Shown one piece after another: positions 42,257 to 52,521 of a stretch of DNA of 53,212 bases. The position numbers and the translations under genes are program-made. The first letter of the stretch is position 1. Every line of letters begins with the position of its first letter. Under the pieces are notes generated by a model. It was given only the letters and a program-made list of their open reading frames with translations, ran no database searches and was not told where the DNA came from. Origin of the DNA: Azonexus sp. (GTDB lineage: Bacteria; Pseudomonadota; Gammaproteobacteria; Burkholderiales; Rhodocyclaceae); assembly GCA_035328505.1 (NCBI GenBank), contig DAOLIO010000002.1:1-53212 (forward strand), in the 5' to 3' direction.

Positions 42257-43411
42257 ATGATTGAACGACCAGCCGCCGGCGAGCGCGCGGTGATTGTTCA
42301 ACTAGATTTTGGCCAGCCTGATCTTGACGATCAACTGGAGGAAGTGCGCTTGTTGGCTGAGTCAGCTGGAGGCCTTGTCGTGGCTGAGGTATTTGGCCGT
42401 CGACAAAGTCCTGATCCAAAAACCTATGCTGGAAAAGGTAAGGTCGAAGAGATCGGGATGATTGTGGCTGCTGGCGAGGCAGATCTTATTATTTTCAATC
42501 ATGAGCTTTCGCCGGCACAGGAACGCAATCTTGAGCGCGTCCTCAAGTGCAGGGTAATAGACAGAACTAGTTTGATTCTGGACATCTTTGCTCTCCGGGC
42601 TTCCAGCGCGGAGGGTAAGTTGCAGGTTGAACTAGCACAGTTGGAGCATTTGTCTACTAGGCTTGTGAGAGGTTGGACTCACTTGGAGCGGCAACGCGGT
42701 GGTATCGGCATGCGCGGCCCGGGCGAAAAACAACTTGAAACTGACCGGCGTCTCCTTGGGGCTCGGGTCAAGTTTTTGAAAGAGCGATTACAGCGGCTCT
42801 CTCGCCAGCGAGTAGTCCAGCGTAAGGCTCGGATGCGTGGAGATGTCTTGAATGTTTCGCTCGTTGGATATACAAACGCCGGCAAGTCAACCTTGTTTAA
42901 TGCGCTGACCCATGCGGGCGTTTATGAAGCAGATCAGTTGTTCGCTACGCTAGACACTACATCACGCAAATTGTGGATTGGGGACGCAGGAAATATTGTT
43001 ATTTCAGATACCGTTGGCTTTATTCGCGACTTGCCGCACTCTTTGGTGGATGCATTCCATGCAACCTTAGAGGTGGCAACTCATGCAGATTTACTCCTGC
43101 ATGTTGTTGATAGTGCAAGTCATGCACGTGACGAGCAGGTGTGGGAAGTAAATAAAGTGCTGCTCGATATTGGGGCTGAACAGGTCAGGCAGGTAGTGGC
43201 TTGGAACAAGATAGACCTTACCGATGCCCGGCCGGGCATCGAGCGAGATGAATATGGTAGTATCGCGCGCGTTCGAGTCAGTGCGCGTACTGGCGAAGGT
43301 TTGGATCTCCTTAGAGAATCCTTGGCCGAATATGCCCGGGCCAAGGCTGATGCCCGTAACAAGGAAATAGCCTTGACCGAATATGAAGTACAACACGACT
43401 ACATTAACTGA
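42257..43411 (+). CDS. hflX: GTPase HflX
   Basis: RGPGEKQLETDRR, GYTNAGKST, LFATLD, DTVGF and NKID. ATG at 42257 follows AGGA. Confidence 0.96.
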   Translation: MIERPAAGERAVIVQLDFGQPDLDDQLEEVRLLAESAGGLVVAEVFGRRQSPDPKTYAGKGKVEEIGMIVAAGEADLIIFNHELSPAQERNLERVLKCRVIDRTSLILDIFALRASSAEGKLQVELAQLEHLSTRLVRGWTHLERQRGGIGMRGPGEKQLETDRRLLGARVKFLKERLQRLSRQRVVQRKARMRGDVLNVSLVGYTNAGKSTLFNALTHAGVYEADQLFATLDTTSRKLWIGDAGNIVISDTVGFIRDLPHSLVDAFHATLEVATHADLLLHVVDSASHARDEQVWEVNKVLLDIGAEQVRQVVAWNKIDLTDARPGIERDEYGSIARVRVSARTGEGLDLLRESLAEYARAKADARNKEIALTEYEVQHDYIN

Positions 43412-43447
43412 ATTCCGATATCCATGATTCCGACCCTAGGCATTTTC

Positions 43448-44761
43448 ATGTCGCTCAACGATCCACAGTGGGGAAACCGCGGTGGCGGTGATAGCGACAA
43501 ACCCAATGGTAGCAATGGCCCACGCCGCCCTAACGATGGTCCGCCAGACTTGGAAGAGTTGTGGCGCGATTTCAATCAGAAATTATCCGGAATTTTCGGC
43601 AAGAAGGGTGGTGGAAGCGGAAATGGTGGGGGCGATGGTCCCCGCCTACCGAATATCGACTTCAATCCTAAATTCATCGGTGGCGGAGTCGGGCTCTTGG
43701 TGGTTCTGGCTGCCGTAGTCTGGCTTGCGTCGGGTTTCTATATTGTTGATGCGTCGCAGCGTGGGTTGGTTTTGCAGTTTGGGAGTTTTAAGGAGGCTAC
43801 CGATCCTGGGCTGCGCTGGCGCTTGCCATACCCGATTCAGTCGCATGAATTGGTGAATTTGACCGGCGTTCGGACCATCGAAATTGGTTACCGCGGTAGT
43901 GAGCGTAACAAGGTGCTCAAGGAAGCACTGATGCTGACGGATGATGAAAACATTGTAAATATTCAGTTTGCTGTCCAATATATTCTTAAGGATCCTGTCG
44001 AATATTTGTTTAACAATCGTTCAACCGATGATGCGGTGATGGGGGCTGCTGAAACCGCCGTTCGCGAAATTGTCGGCAAGAGCAAAATGGACTTCGTGCT
44101 TTATGAAGGGCGCGAGCAGATTGCTACGCAGGCTGCCAAATTGATGCAGGATATTCTTGACCGTTACAAGAGTGGCATCATGATATCCAAGGTGACGATG
44201 CAGAATGCGCAGCCACCTGAGCAGGTTCAAGCGGCATTTGACGATGCAGTCAAGGCCGGTCAGGACCGCGAACGCCAAAAGAATGAAGGCCAGGCTTATG
44301 CAAATGATGTGATTCCAAAAGCCAAGGGTACGGCTGCGCGCCTTCTTGAAGAGGCCAATGGTTACAAGCAACGTGTGATTTCGTCTGCAGAGGGTGACGC
44401 TTCGCGCTTCAAGCAAGTGCTTACGGAATATGCCAAGGCCCCAGAGGTAACCAGGCAGCGGATGTATCTGGAAACGATGCAACAAATTTATTCCAATACT
44501 AGCAAGGTCATGGTTGACGCAAAGGGGCAGGGCAATCTGTTGTATCTGCCTCTTGATAAGCTGATGCAGGCGGCCAGTGTTGCACCAGCTGTCCAGGGAG
44601 TTCCCGAAGCATCCGTAGCTCCTTCTACGGTAAAACCTCAAGCACCGTTGTCGTCTGATGCACCGCCGCAGATGGAAGGTGCACCTAAGGTTGGTGGCGG
44701 TTCGTATTCATCCAGTTCGCGCGATGGATCGTTGCGTTCACGAGATCGGGAGGGACGTTAA
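43448..44761 (+). CDS. hflK: FtsH protease modulator HflK
   Basis: MSLNDPQWG, GPPDLEELWRDFN and an SPFH domain MLTDDENIV. Alternative ATG at 43424. Confidence 0.95.
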   Translation: MSLNDPQWGNRGGGDSDKPNGSNGPRRPNDGPPDLEELWRDFNQKLSGIFGKKGGGSGNGGGDGPRLPNIDFNPKFIGGGVGLLVVLAAVVWLASGFYIVDASQRGLVLQFGSFKEATDPGLRWRLPYPIQSHELVNLTGVRTIEIGYRGSERNKVLKEALMLTDDENIVNIQFAVQYILKDPVEYLFNNRSTDDAVMGAAETAVREIVGKSKMDFVLYEGREQIATQAAKLMQDILDRYKSGIMISKVTMQNAQPPEQVQAAFDDAVKAGQDRERQKNEGQAYANDVIPKAKGTAARLLEEANGYKQRVISSAEGDASRFKQVLTEYAKAPEVTRQRMYLETMQQIYSNTSKVMVDAKGQGNLLYLPLDKLMQAASVAPAVQGVPEASVAPSTVKPQAPLSSDAPPQMEGAPKVGGGSYSSSSRDGSLRSRDREGR

Positions 44762-45648
44762 TGAGCCCACGTGTCAATTTATTTGGAGCTTTCATCGCCA
44801 CAGTGCTGGTAATTCTGGCCATGTCGATCTTTACTGTTGATCAGCGTCAGTTTGCCGTGGTTTTCCAGTTGGGTGAAGTTAAGCGTGCGATTAGTGACCC
44901 CGGCCTCTATTTCAAGATTCCGATGGTTCAAAATGTTCGCTATTTTGAAAAACGCATCATTACGCTGGACAATGCTGAACCAGAGCGCTTTATTACGTCC
45001 GAAAAGAAAAACGTCCTGGTTGATTCATATATCAAATGGCGCATTGTTGATCCTCAACTCTATTACATCTCTGTTGGCGGCGATGAGTCTCGGGCAAAAA
45101 CCCGGCTGAATCAGACCGTCAATGCCGGATTACGTGAGGAGTTCGGTAAGCGGACTGTTCACGATGTGGTTTCTGGAGAGCGGGATCAGGTAATGACTCA
45201 AATGCGTGAAAAGGCTGATGTCGATGCGCGCAAGATTGGTGTTCAGATTGTTGACGTTCGTCTGAAACGTGTAGAGCTTCCGACTGAAGTCAGCGAAGCA
45301 GTTTATCGTCGAATGGAGGCCGAGCGTAAGCGGGTGGCCAACGAACTGCGCTCTGAGGGTTTTGCCGAGGCAGAAAAGATTCGAGCCGACGCGGATCGGC
45401 AGCGCGAGATTATCGTTGCGCAAGCTTATAGTGATTCGCAGAAAATCAAGGGTGAAGGCGATGCGAAGGCAACGAATACATATGCTCAAGCATTTGGCCA
45501 AAACGCTGAGTTTTATTCGTTCTATCGCAGCCTTGAAGCCTATCGTGGCAGTTTCAAAACTAAAAACGACGTGTTGGTTATTGAACCGAATTCCGAGTTC
45601 TTCAAATATATGAAGAGTGCCGGGCGTGGAAACGACAAAGGTAAATGA
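44761..45648 (+). CDS. hflC: FtsH protease modulator HflC
   Basis: PGLYFKIP, TSEKKNVLVD, RMEAERKRVA and FYRSLEAY. Confidence 0.96.
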   Translation: MSPRVNLFGAFIATVLVILAMSIFTVDQRQFAVVFQLGEVKRAISDPGLYFKIPMVQNVRYFEKRIITLDNAEPERFITSEKKNVLVDSYIKWRIVDPQLYYISVGGDESRAKTRLNQTVNAGLREEFGKRTVHDVVSGERDQVMTQMREKADVDARKIGVQIVDVRLKRVELPTEVSEAVYRRMEAERKRVANELRSEGFAEAEKIRADADRQREIIVAQAYSDSQKIKGEGDAKATNTYAQAFGQNAEFYSFYRSLEAYRGSFKTKNDVLVIEPNSEFFKYMKSAGRGNDKGK

Positions 45649-45830
45649 CCTCAACCTTGCTTATTGCCTTCGCGCTAATGCTGGTGCTCGAGGGCCTTAT
45701 GCCATTTATTGCGCCGGCGGCATGGCGTGAAACATTCCGTCGCCTAATTCAATTTTCAGATGGACAAATTCGCTTTGTTGGTTTGACTTCGATGCTGATC
45801 GGTCTGATTTTTTTGATCTTTTTCTCATGA
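45645..45830 (+). CDS. DUF2065 (YjeT-like) small membrane protein
   Basis: [19 protein letters not shown]...QIRFVGL, in the canonical position after hflC. Confidence 0.9.
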   Translation: MTSTLLIAFALMLVLEGLMPFIAPAAWRETFRRLIQFSDGQIRFVGLTSMLIGLIFLIFFS

Positions 45831-46981
45831 ACTGGTTGTTACCTGAATATCTGGCCGATGCGCTACCAGCCGAGGCTGTTCGTATTGAAGAATTGCGTCG
45901 CGCTGTTTTGGACCATTTTCGGAGCCATGGTTACGAAATGGTCATGCCACCAATGCTCGAATATCTGGAGTCATTGCTGACTGGTGCAGGGCAGGATTTG
46001 CAATTGCGAACCTTCAAGTTGGTTGATCAGTTATCTGGACGTACGATGGGGGTTAGAGCAGACATTACGCCACAGGTAGCTCGCATTGACGCGCATCTGC
46101 TCAATCATTCAGGGGTTACTCGGCTCTGCTATTGCGGAAGTGTGCTTCACACGTTGCCTGCTACTATTTCTGCGGGCCGTGAGGCTGTGCAGATTGGCGC
46201 AGAGCTTTACGGATATGCTGGTATTGAAGCGGATCTTGACGTCATTCGGTTAATGGCGGGAGCATTTGCCAAGGTTAATCTTGCGATCAGCCGCATAGAC
46301 CTTGGGCACGTGGGAATATTCCGTGCACTCGTAGAAGCATCCGGATTGCCTCAAGAAGCAGAGGAAAATGTCCTCAGCCTTTTGCAAGCGAAGGATGTTC
46401 CCGGTTTGGAAGAGGCATGCATCGATGTTCCATCGCCTTATCGTGAAGCGCTTTTGCGATTGCCGCAGCTTTATGGTGGAGCCGAGGTTATAGAGCGCGC
46501 GGTTGAAGAGTTGCCAGCCTTGCCTGAGCTTTCATCTGCTTTAAATGGTCTGCGTCACCTAATATCTGCTGCGCCTGATTTACCGTTTTCAGTCGATCTC
46601 TCCGATTTGCGTGGTTACCATTACCACAACGGTGTGGTCTTCGCTGCCTATTGTTCTGGTTATCCAGCCGCGATTGCCATGGGGGGGCGGTATGACGGGG
46701 CAGGCAAAGCGTTTGGCCGCGCTCGTCCGGCGACTGGGTTTTCGATGGATTTACGCGAAGTGGCGCGTTTTGCAGCGGACTTAAAGTCAAATGGCGCAAT
46801 TCTGGCACCGCACGCCAGTCATGACAAACGGCTTTCAGCTCATGTCTCAGCGCTCCGGGAACAAGGTGAGACGGTTGTTCAGCTCCTGCCTGGTGAAGCA
46901 GCATGCGAGGGCCCCGTCTGTGATCGTAAGCTGGCCCTGGTCGGCGAGCACTGGATTATTGAAGCTATACAAGAGGATTAA
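45827..46981 (+). CDS. hisZ: ATP phosphoribosyltransferase regulatory subunit
   Basis: [32 protein letters not shown] and GGRYD. Confidence 0.95.
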   Translation: MNWLLPEYLADALPAEAVRIEELRRAVLDHFRSHGYEMVMPPMLEYLESLLTGAGQDLQLRTFKLVDQLSGRTMGVRADITPQVARIDAHLLNHSGVTRLCYCGSVLHTLPATISAGREAVQIGAELYGYAGIEADLDVIRLMAGAFAKVNLAISRIDLGHVGIFRALVEASGLPQEAEENVLSLLQAKDVPGLEEACIDVPSPYREALLRLPQLYGGAEVIERAVEELPALPELSSALNGLRHLISAAPDLPFSVDLSDLRGYHYHNGVVFAAYCSGYPAAIAMGGRYDGAGKAFGRARPATGFSMDLREVARFAADLKSNGAILAPHASHDKRLSAHVSALREQGETVVQLLPGEAACEGPVCDRKLALVGEHWIIEAIQED

Positions 46982-46983
46982 AA

Positions 46984-48294
46984 ATGGCAAAGAATGTCAT
47001 CGTGGTGGGGACCCAGTGGGGCGACGAAGGTAAGGGGAAGATCGTTGATTGGCTTACTGACCATGCAAAGGGAGTTGTGCGTTTTCAAGGTGGGCATAAT
47101 GCTGGCCACACGCTGGTTGTAGGCGAGCAGGTTTATAAACTGAATCTTGTTCCTTCAGGTATCGTGCGCGACGGGGTTGAGTGCTATATCGGCAATGGCG
47201 TTGTGCTTGACGTCCATCATCTTCTTTCTGAAATAGCCGAATTGGAAAAGGGAGGTATTGACGTACGTTCGCGCCTGAAAATCAGCCCGGGTTGCCCGTT
47301 GATCCTGCCCTACCATTCCGCCATCGACAAGGCCCGTGAAGGCGTCAAGTCTGAAGACAAGAAGATTGGCACGACAGGCAAGGGTATCGGCCCGACCTAC
47401 GAAGACAAGGTTTCACGTCGTGGTCTGCGTGTATATGACCTGTTTCATCCAGCGCGTTTCGCTGAGAAATTGAAAGAGGTTCTGGAGTACCATAATTTTG
47501 TTCTGACACAATATTTCAAGGCACCTGCCGTCGATTTTCAGACGGTATATGATCAGGCAATGGCTGATGCGGAGCAGATACGGCCGATGGTGACTGATGT
47601 TTCAGCCGCACTCTACGCTGCTAACAAGGCCGGTTCCAACTTGTTGTTCGAAGGGGCACAAGGTACCCTGCTTGATATTGATCACGGTACTTACCCGTTT
47701 GTTACCTCTTCCAACTGTGTTGCCGGACAGGCCTCGGCTGGCTCGGGTATCGGTCCGGGGATGCTGCATTATGTGTTGGGGATCACCAAAGCTTACTGCA
47801 CCCGCGTCGGTGGCGGTCCGTTCCCAAGCGAGTTGGATATCGAGACTGAAGGCGTGCCGGGCTACCAGATGTCGCAGGTTGGTCGCGAGTTTGGCACTGT
47901 TACGGGTCGCAAGCGCCGCTGCGGTTGGTTTGATGCTGCTGCGTTGCGTCGTTCCGGTCGCATCAATGGCCTGACGGGTCTATGCATTACCAAGCTGGAT
48001 GTACTTGATGGCCTGAAGGAACTGAATATCTGCACTGGCTACAAGCTTGATGACAAGGTTATTGATCTGCTTCCAATTGGTGCGGACGAAGTTGCACGTT
48101 GTGAGCCGATCTACGAAACTATGTCGGGGTGGAGTGATACGACTTTTGGCGTCAAATGTTGGGAAGACCTTCCCGTCGAAGCGCGCGCTTATCTCGATCG
48201 TCTGGAGCAGCTATGCGAAGTGCCAATAGCTATCGTATCGACTGGTCCTGAGCGAGATGAAACCATTCTCAAGCAGCACCCATTCAATCAATGA
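46984..48294 (+). CDS. purA: Adenylosuccinate synthetase
   Basis: [24 protein letters not shown] and TKLDVLD. Confidence 0.98.
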   Translation: MAKNVIVVGTQWGDEGKGKIVDWLTDHAKGVVRFQGGHNAGHTLVVGEQVYKLNLVPSGIVRDGVECYIGNGVVLDVHHLLSEIAELEKGGIDVRSRLKISPGCPLILPYHSAIDKAREGVKSEDKKIGTTGKGIGPTYEDKVSRRGLRVYDLFHPARFAEKLKEVLEYHNFVLTQYFKAPAVDFQTVYDQAMADAEQIRPMVTDVSAALYAANKAGSNLLFEGAQGTLLDIDHGTYPFVTSSNCVAGQASAGSGIGPGMLHYVLGITKAYCTRVGGGPFPSELDIETEGVPGYQMSQVGREFGTVTGRKRRCGWFDAAALRRSGRINGLTGLCITKLDVLDGLKELNICTGYKLDDKVIDLLPIGADEVARCEPIYETMSGWSDTTFGVKCWEDLPVEARAYLDRLEQLCEVPIAIVSTGPERDETILKQHPFNQ

Positions 48295-48328
48295 TCAGGG
48301 GTGCTGTTGTCGAGTGATTTCTAAAAAC

Positions 48329-48352
48329 ACGGGCCGATATGGCCCGTTTTTT
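48329..48352. terminator. Terminator between convergent purA and the small secreted-protein gene
   Basis: ACGGGCC-GATAT-GGCCCGT followed by TTTTT, with an A-tract on the left. Confidence 0.8.
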
Positions 48353-48716
48353 ATTGAGCCGGTACAGCTTGCCAGCCTTCCGGACAGGCGTTGGTGTTGG
48401 GATAGTACATGTCGGACGAACCACAGTAATACCATGTACCGTAATTTGGACTGGGCATAGGGCGCGGCGGCGGGGCACTATAGACTGGTGCGGGGGCATA
48501 GTAGCTTTGTGATGCGACAGCTGAGCCGATAGCGAGGCCAGCGATAGCGAGAATGGCCGCGGGACCAACCCAGCCTGAACCACCGCGATGTTGATGATGC
48601 ATCGGTTGATAGTCACGGTAGCCACGGTCATGGCGACCCCAGTCTGCCTGAGCAGAACTATTGAAAGACATGGCCAAGGTCGCAGCAATACAGAGGGTGG
48701 AAACTAGTTTTTTCAT
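48351..48716 (-). CDS. Small exported Gly/Pro/Tyr-rich protein of unknown function
   Basis: Signal peptide MKKLV...SAQA, a hydrophobic Gly/Ala segment, a Pro-rich linker and C-terminal WYYC-x5-YYP-x4-CPEGW. Confidence 0.85.
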   Translation of the reverse strand: MKKLVSTLCIAATLAMSFNSSAQADWGRHDRGYRDYQPMHHQHRGGSGWVGPAAILAIAGLAIGSAVASQSYYAPAPVYSAPPPRPMPSPNYGTWYYCGSSDMYYPNTNACPEGWQAVPAQ

Positions 48717-48903
48717 GGTTCGACTCGTTTTTGTCGTTTGAACAAGCCGAATAACGCTTTAGTCACGCTGGTGGATGACCCGTGCTGTGTACGCAAGTGT
48801 GAGCAATTGTTTCCGGGGGACGAGCGGGTATGCGCTGTGAGACAATGCAGGCGGTTTAACAAATGGTCGTGTTGGCTGTTTGTCAAAACCAGGCGACAGA
48901 ATG

Positions 48904-48931
48904 AAAAAAGGCCTTGTTTGAACAAGGCCTT
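48904..48931 (-). terminator. Intrinsic terminator after tRNA-Leu
   Basis: AAGGCCTTGTT-TG-AACAAGGCCTT inverted repeat with a T6 run on the minus strand. Confidence 0.88.
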
Positions 48932-48944
48932 CTATCAAAATCGC

Positions 48945-49029
<85 letters not shown>

Positions 49030-49048
49030 ACAGGTGCGAAGAGCCGCC

Positions 49049-49076
49049 ATTATAGAGAAAGAAGAATTGATGTCAA
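49049..49076 (-). promoter_or_regulatory. Consensus sigma70 promoter of tRNA-Leu
   Basis: Minus strand TTGACA-16 nt-TATAAT followed by the GC-rich discriminator GGCGGC. Confidence 0.9.
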
Positions 49077-51520
49077 GAAAAAAGTTGTCAAAAATACGCC
49101 GCGCTGATCCATTTTTTGAGCGGGAGTTGGCTAGATATGAGTTTCCTTTGCCTTCCCGCGAATATGTTTCCCAAATTTTGACTGATGAAGCTCGCCCGGT
49201 TGAGTTTGGCGAGTTGGTGGCGTTGCTGGATATCGCAGAGAGCGAGCGCGAGATGTTCCAGCGTCGCCTGGGTGCGATGGAGCGTGAAGGGCAGCTGATG
49301 CGAAACCGCAAAGGGGCCTACATGCTGCCAGAGCGGGCGAGTTTGACCGCAGGGCGGATTCAGGGGCATCCGGATGGTTACGGTTTCCTGATTCCTGATG
49401 ATGGTAGTGCCGATATTTTCCTCGATCAGCACCAGATGAAAAAAGTCCTGCATGGTGACCGGGCACTTGTTCGAGTCACCGGCATTGACCGCAAGGGCCG
49501 CCCTGAAGGCGGAATTGTGGAAGTTACCGAGCGAGTCAATACGCGGATTGTCGGGCGGGTGTTTGTCGAACATGGTGTCGTGGTCGTCGCCCCGGAAAAC
49601 AAGCGAATATCACAGGATATTCTGGTGCCGCCTGAGCCCAAGTCAAAGAACAAACCGCAATCGGGACAGGTCGTGATGGTTCAGCTCATTGAACAACCCA
49701 GCAAGTTTTCACAGCCCATTGGCAAGATCATCGAAGTGCTTGGCAATTATGCCGACCCGGGGATGGAGATCGAGATTGCGCTGCGCAAGCACGATTTGCC
49801 TTTCGAGTTTTCCAAGGCGGCTCAGGATGAAAACAAGGCCATGCCGGACAAGGTTACGAAGGCCGACCTGAAAGGGCGCGTCGATTTGCGCGACGTGGCG
49901 CTGGTGACCATCGATGGCGAGACAGCGCGTGATTTCGACGATGCTGTCTATTGCGAAAAGAAGGGCCGAGGTTGGCGCCTGATTGTGGCGATTGCCGACG
50001 TGTCGCATTACGTAAAGCCCGGCATGGCGCTTGACCGCGAGGCGGTGGAGCGTGGCAACTCGGTTTATTTTCCGCGTCGTGTGATCCCAATGTTGCCCGA
50101 AAAGCTGTCGAATGGCATCTGTTCGCTTAATCCCGATGTCGAGCGCATGGCCATGGTTTGCGACATGGAGATCAGTTCGACCGGCAAGATTGGAAAATAT
50201 AAGTTCTATCCGGCGGTGTTCAAATCGCACGCCCGTTTGACCTACAACCTCGTCTGGTCATGGCTGTCCGGTGAGAAAGTGCCCGATACCGATGTCCACC
50301 GCAGTGTTTTGCCGCACGTCCAGAATCTCTACAAACTGTTTGCGGCCTTGCACAAGGCGCGCGGCCAGCGTGGGGCGATCGACTTCGAGACGATCGAAAC
50401 GCAAATGCTGTTCAACGAACAGGGCAAAATCGAGAATATCGTGCCAGTGGTGCGCAACGATGCGCACCGGATTATCGAGGAATGCATGCTGGCCGCCAAT
50501 GTCTGCGCCTCTGATTTCCTGGCCGAGAACAAGCAGACTTGCCTGTACCGCATTCATGCTGCGCCATCAGAAGAGAAACTCGCAAACCTGCGAACCTTCC
50601 TCGGCGAGTTTGGCCTCGCCTTGGGTGGCGGTGACGATCCTCGAGCCAAGGATTACGCCATACTTCTCGACAAGGTGAAGCAGCGTCCGGACTTTCAGTT
50701 ATTGCAGACCGTCATGCTGCGGTCGCTGCGTCAGGCGATGTACAGCCCGGACAATGTCGGCCATTTCGGTTTGGCCTACGAACACTACACGCACTTTACG
50801 TCGCCAATCCGCCGCTATCCCGACCTGCTTGTCCATCGCGCCATCAAGGCTGTGCTCGCCGGCGAAAAATATATACCGGATCGGCCATGGGACGACATTG
50901 GTCTTCAATGTTCGAGCACCGAGCGTCGGGCCGATGAGGCAACGCGTGATGTCGAAAACTGGCTGAAGACTTTCTTCATGAAGGAGCGCATTGGCGAGGA
51001 GTTCGAAGGGACGATATCAGCGGTCACTGCCTTCGGAATTTTTGTCGCACTGGACACTGTTTATATCGAAGGTCTGGTCCATGTCTCCGACCTGGGGGCT
51101 GATTACTTCCAATTTGACAATATCAAGCACCAGATGCTGGGCGAAAGGACGGGGCAGCGCTTCCGTCTGGGTGACCGGGTCCGCGTCAAACTGGTACGGG
51201 CGGATCTAGAGTCGAACCGCATTGATTTCGTCCTGGCCGGTAGCGAGAAGGCTTACGCGGGTAGCAAGACCCTGCCCAAGGGCACGCTAAAAGCATCGGG
51301 CAAGCGCTCTGTTGGCCAAGTGCAGGTAGCCAAGGCGGTCCCCGCTCAAGTGCCGGCGACCAAGAAAGCAGGACCCAAGGTTGCCGCAAAATCTGCCAAG
51401 CCCTCGGCCAAAAAGTCCGACAAGGCATCTGCCAAGCCTGCTGCCAGAAAGTCGGTAGCGTCGCGGAGCAAGGCTGCGGCAGCCAAGCCAGTTCGAAAAA
51501 CGGCCACAAAGAAGCGTTGA
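49070..51520 (+). CDS. rnr: Ribonuclease R
   Basis: HPDGYGF, TIDGETARDFDDAV, HFTSPIRRYPDL, an S1 domain and a basic tail. The ORF-track extension to 48914 runs antisense through the tRNA and is rejected. Confidence 0.97.
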   Translation: MSRKKLSKIRRADPFFERELARYEFPLPSREYVSQILTDEARPVEFGELVALLDIAESEREMFQRRLGAMEREGQLMRNRKGAYMLPERASLTAGRIQGHPDGYGFLIPDDGSADIFLDQHQMKKVLHGDRALVRVTGIDRKGRPEGGIVEVTERVNTRIVGRVFVEHGVVVVAPENKRISQDILVPPEPKSKNKPQSGQVVMVQLIEQPSKFSQPIGKIIEVLGNYADPGMEIEIALRKHDLPFEFSKAAQDENKAMPDKVTKADLKGRVDLRDVALVTIDGETARDFDDAVYCEKKGRGWRLIVAIADVSHYVKPGMALDREAVERGNSVYFPRRVIPMLPEKLSNGICSLNPDVERMAMVCDMEISSTGKIGKYKFYPAVFKSHARLTYNLVWSWLSGEKVPDTDVHRSVLPHVQNLYKLFAALHKARGQRGAIDFETIETQMLFNEQGKIENIVPVVRNDAHRIIEECMLAANVCASDFLAENKQTCLYRIHAAPSEEKLANLRTFLGEFGLALGGGDDPRAKDYAILLDKVKQRPDFQLLQTVMLRSLRQAMYSPDNVGHFGLAYEHYTHFTSPIRRYPDLLVHRAIKAVLAGEKYIPDRPWDDIGLQCSSTERRADEATRDVENWLKTFFMKERIGEEFEGTISAVTAFGIFVALDTVYIEGLVHVSDLGADYFQFDNIKHQMLGERTGQRFRLGDRVRVKLVRADLESNRIDFVLAGSEKAYAGSKTLPKGTLKASGKRSVGQVQVAKAVPAQVPATKKAGPKVAAKSAKPSAKKSDKASAKPAARKSVASRSKAAAAKPVRKTATKKR

Positions 51521-51535
51521 CCGCAGCAATCGCGC

Positions 51536-52402
51536 TCAAGGGTGGTGCGGATCGACCAGATCGGCTGCCTTGAGCGAGATGCTGGCCACTTGTGCCTCGT
51601 TGAGGCCAGGAAGTTGCTCGGCCAGCCATTCAAGCGTTGCGCCGGGAATGATGTGTTTGGCTTCAGCGATATTGGAAGGCAATGCAGGGTCATCGGGGCC
51701 ACCGGACGTTAGATGTCGTGCTGCGTCGACACAGACACGTGACAGGTTGGCGCGAGTATTGTCGACACCCCGTATCAATTGCGTCAGCAAGGGCGGCAGA
51801 TGCCAGATCAATGCACACTTGAGCGTCAAATCCTTGAAGCGGAATCCGCATGCGTCCAACTGTGCCTGTAGCGAGCGCGCCGCACGACCCGAGTGCAACG
51901 CGGCATCGGCCGCTTCCGGCAACGCCGGTGCAAACAGCCAGAGCAATAATTCGCCAATTTCTGAGAGCAGTGCGGCCATTGCAATTTCATCAGGCGAAAT
52001 ATCGGCTCGGGCCGTTCCCCAGCGCAGTGCCAGATGTCTGGCCAGAAAGGCGCGTGCCTCACACCCGGCCAGACCAACGATCGTCTCATCGGTTTCAGGA
52101 CTGTCAAGCAGGAGCCGGCGGAAGGTGTCGGTACCGAGTTGCATGACGGCGCCCAAGGGCGTCGTTGTTTCGTGTTCAAGTCGCCGGACTCTGTGGCTTT
52201 CGGCCTCGCGTAGCAGTCGGAGGCAGAGAAATGGGTCGCCGCCTGCAATGTCGGCAAGTTCCCGTGCCGAAAGTTGCTCCCCCAGTGCCGACTCCAATTG
52301 TAGCAACATCGATTTCGAGCGAGGCATGCAAGGCAATGCCTGGCTGCTCAGATAGGCTGCCCACTGGTCAACACCCCAACGTTTTTGATTGTCCGATAAC
52401 AA
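51536..52402 (-). CDS. Stand-alone HDOD-domain protein
   Basis: LPCMP, DPFLCLRLLREA, AVMQLG, AALLSEIGELLL and WHLP. TTG at 52402 follows GAGGA; ATG at 52441 is an alternative. Confidence 0.85.
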   Translation of the reverse strand: MLSDNQKRWGVDQWAAYLSSQALPCMPRSKSMLLQLESALGEQLSARELADIAGGDPFLCLRLLREAESHRVRRLEHETTTPLGAVMQLGTDTFRRLLLDSPETDETIVGLAGCEARAFLARHLALRWGTARADISPDEIAMAALLSEIGELLLWLFAPALPEAADAALHSGRAARSLQAQLDACGFRFKDLTLKCALIWHLPPLLTQLIRGVDNTRANLSRVCVDAARHLTSGGPDDPALPSNIAEAKHIIPGATLEWLAEQLPGLNEAQVASISLKAADLVDPHHP

Positions 52403-52521
52403 ATGGATTCCTCGGTTGGCGCAATTGATGGGAGTGTGCATTACGAAAATTCACAATTGTTACGCAATATGCACCAAATTAGGTCGGTAAAATACCATAC
52501 CCTGAATTTTGTGGAGTGAAG

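Noticed and set aside
48736-48926. 11-bp repeat GTTTGAACAAG at 48736 and 48916 near the tRNA 3' end as a possible att or target duplication
   Set aside because: Does not match the tRNA 3' sequence, flanks only about 170 bp, one copy is part of the terminator, and there is no integrase.
52470-52486. TGCACCAAATTAGGTCG as an NtrC site upstream of hemerythrin
   Set aside because: Only the left half matches and no properly spaced sigma54 motif was found downstream.
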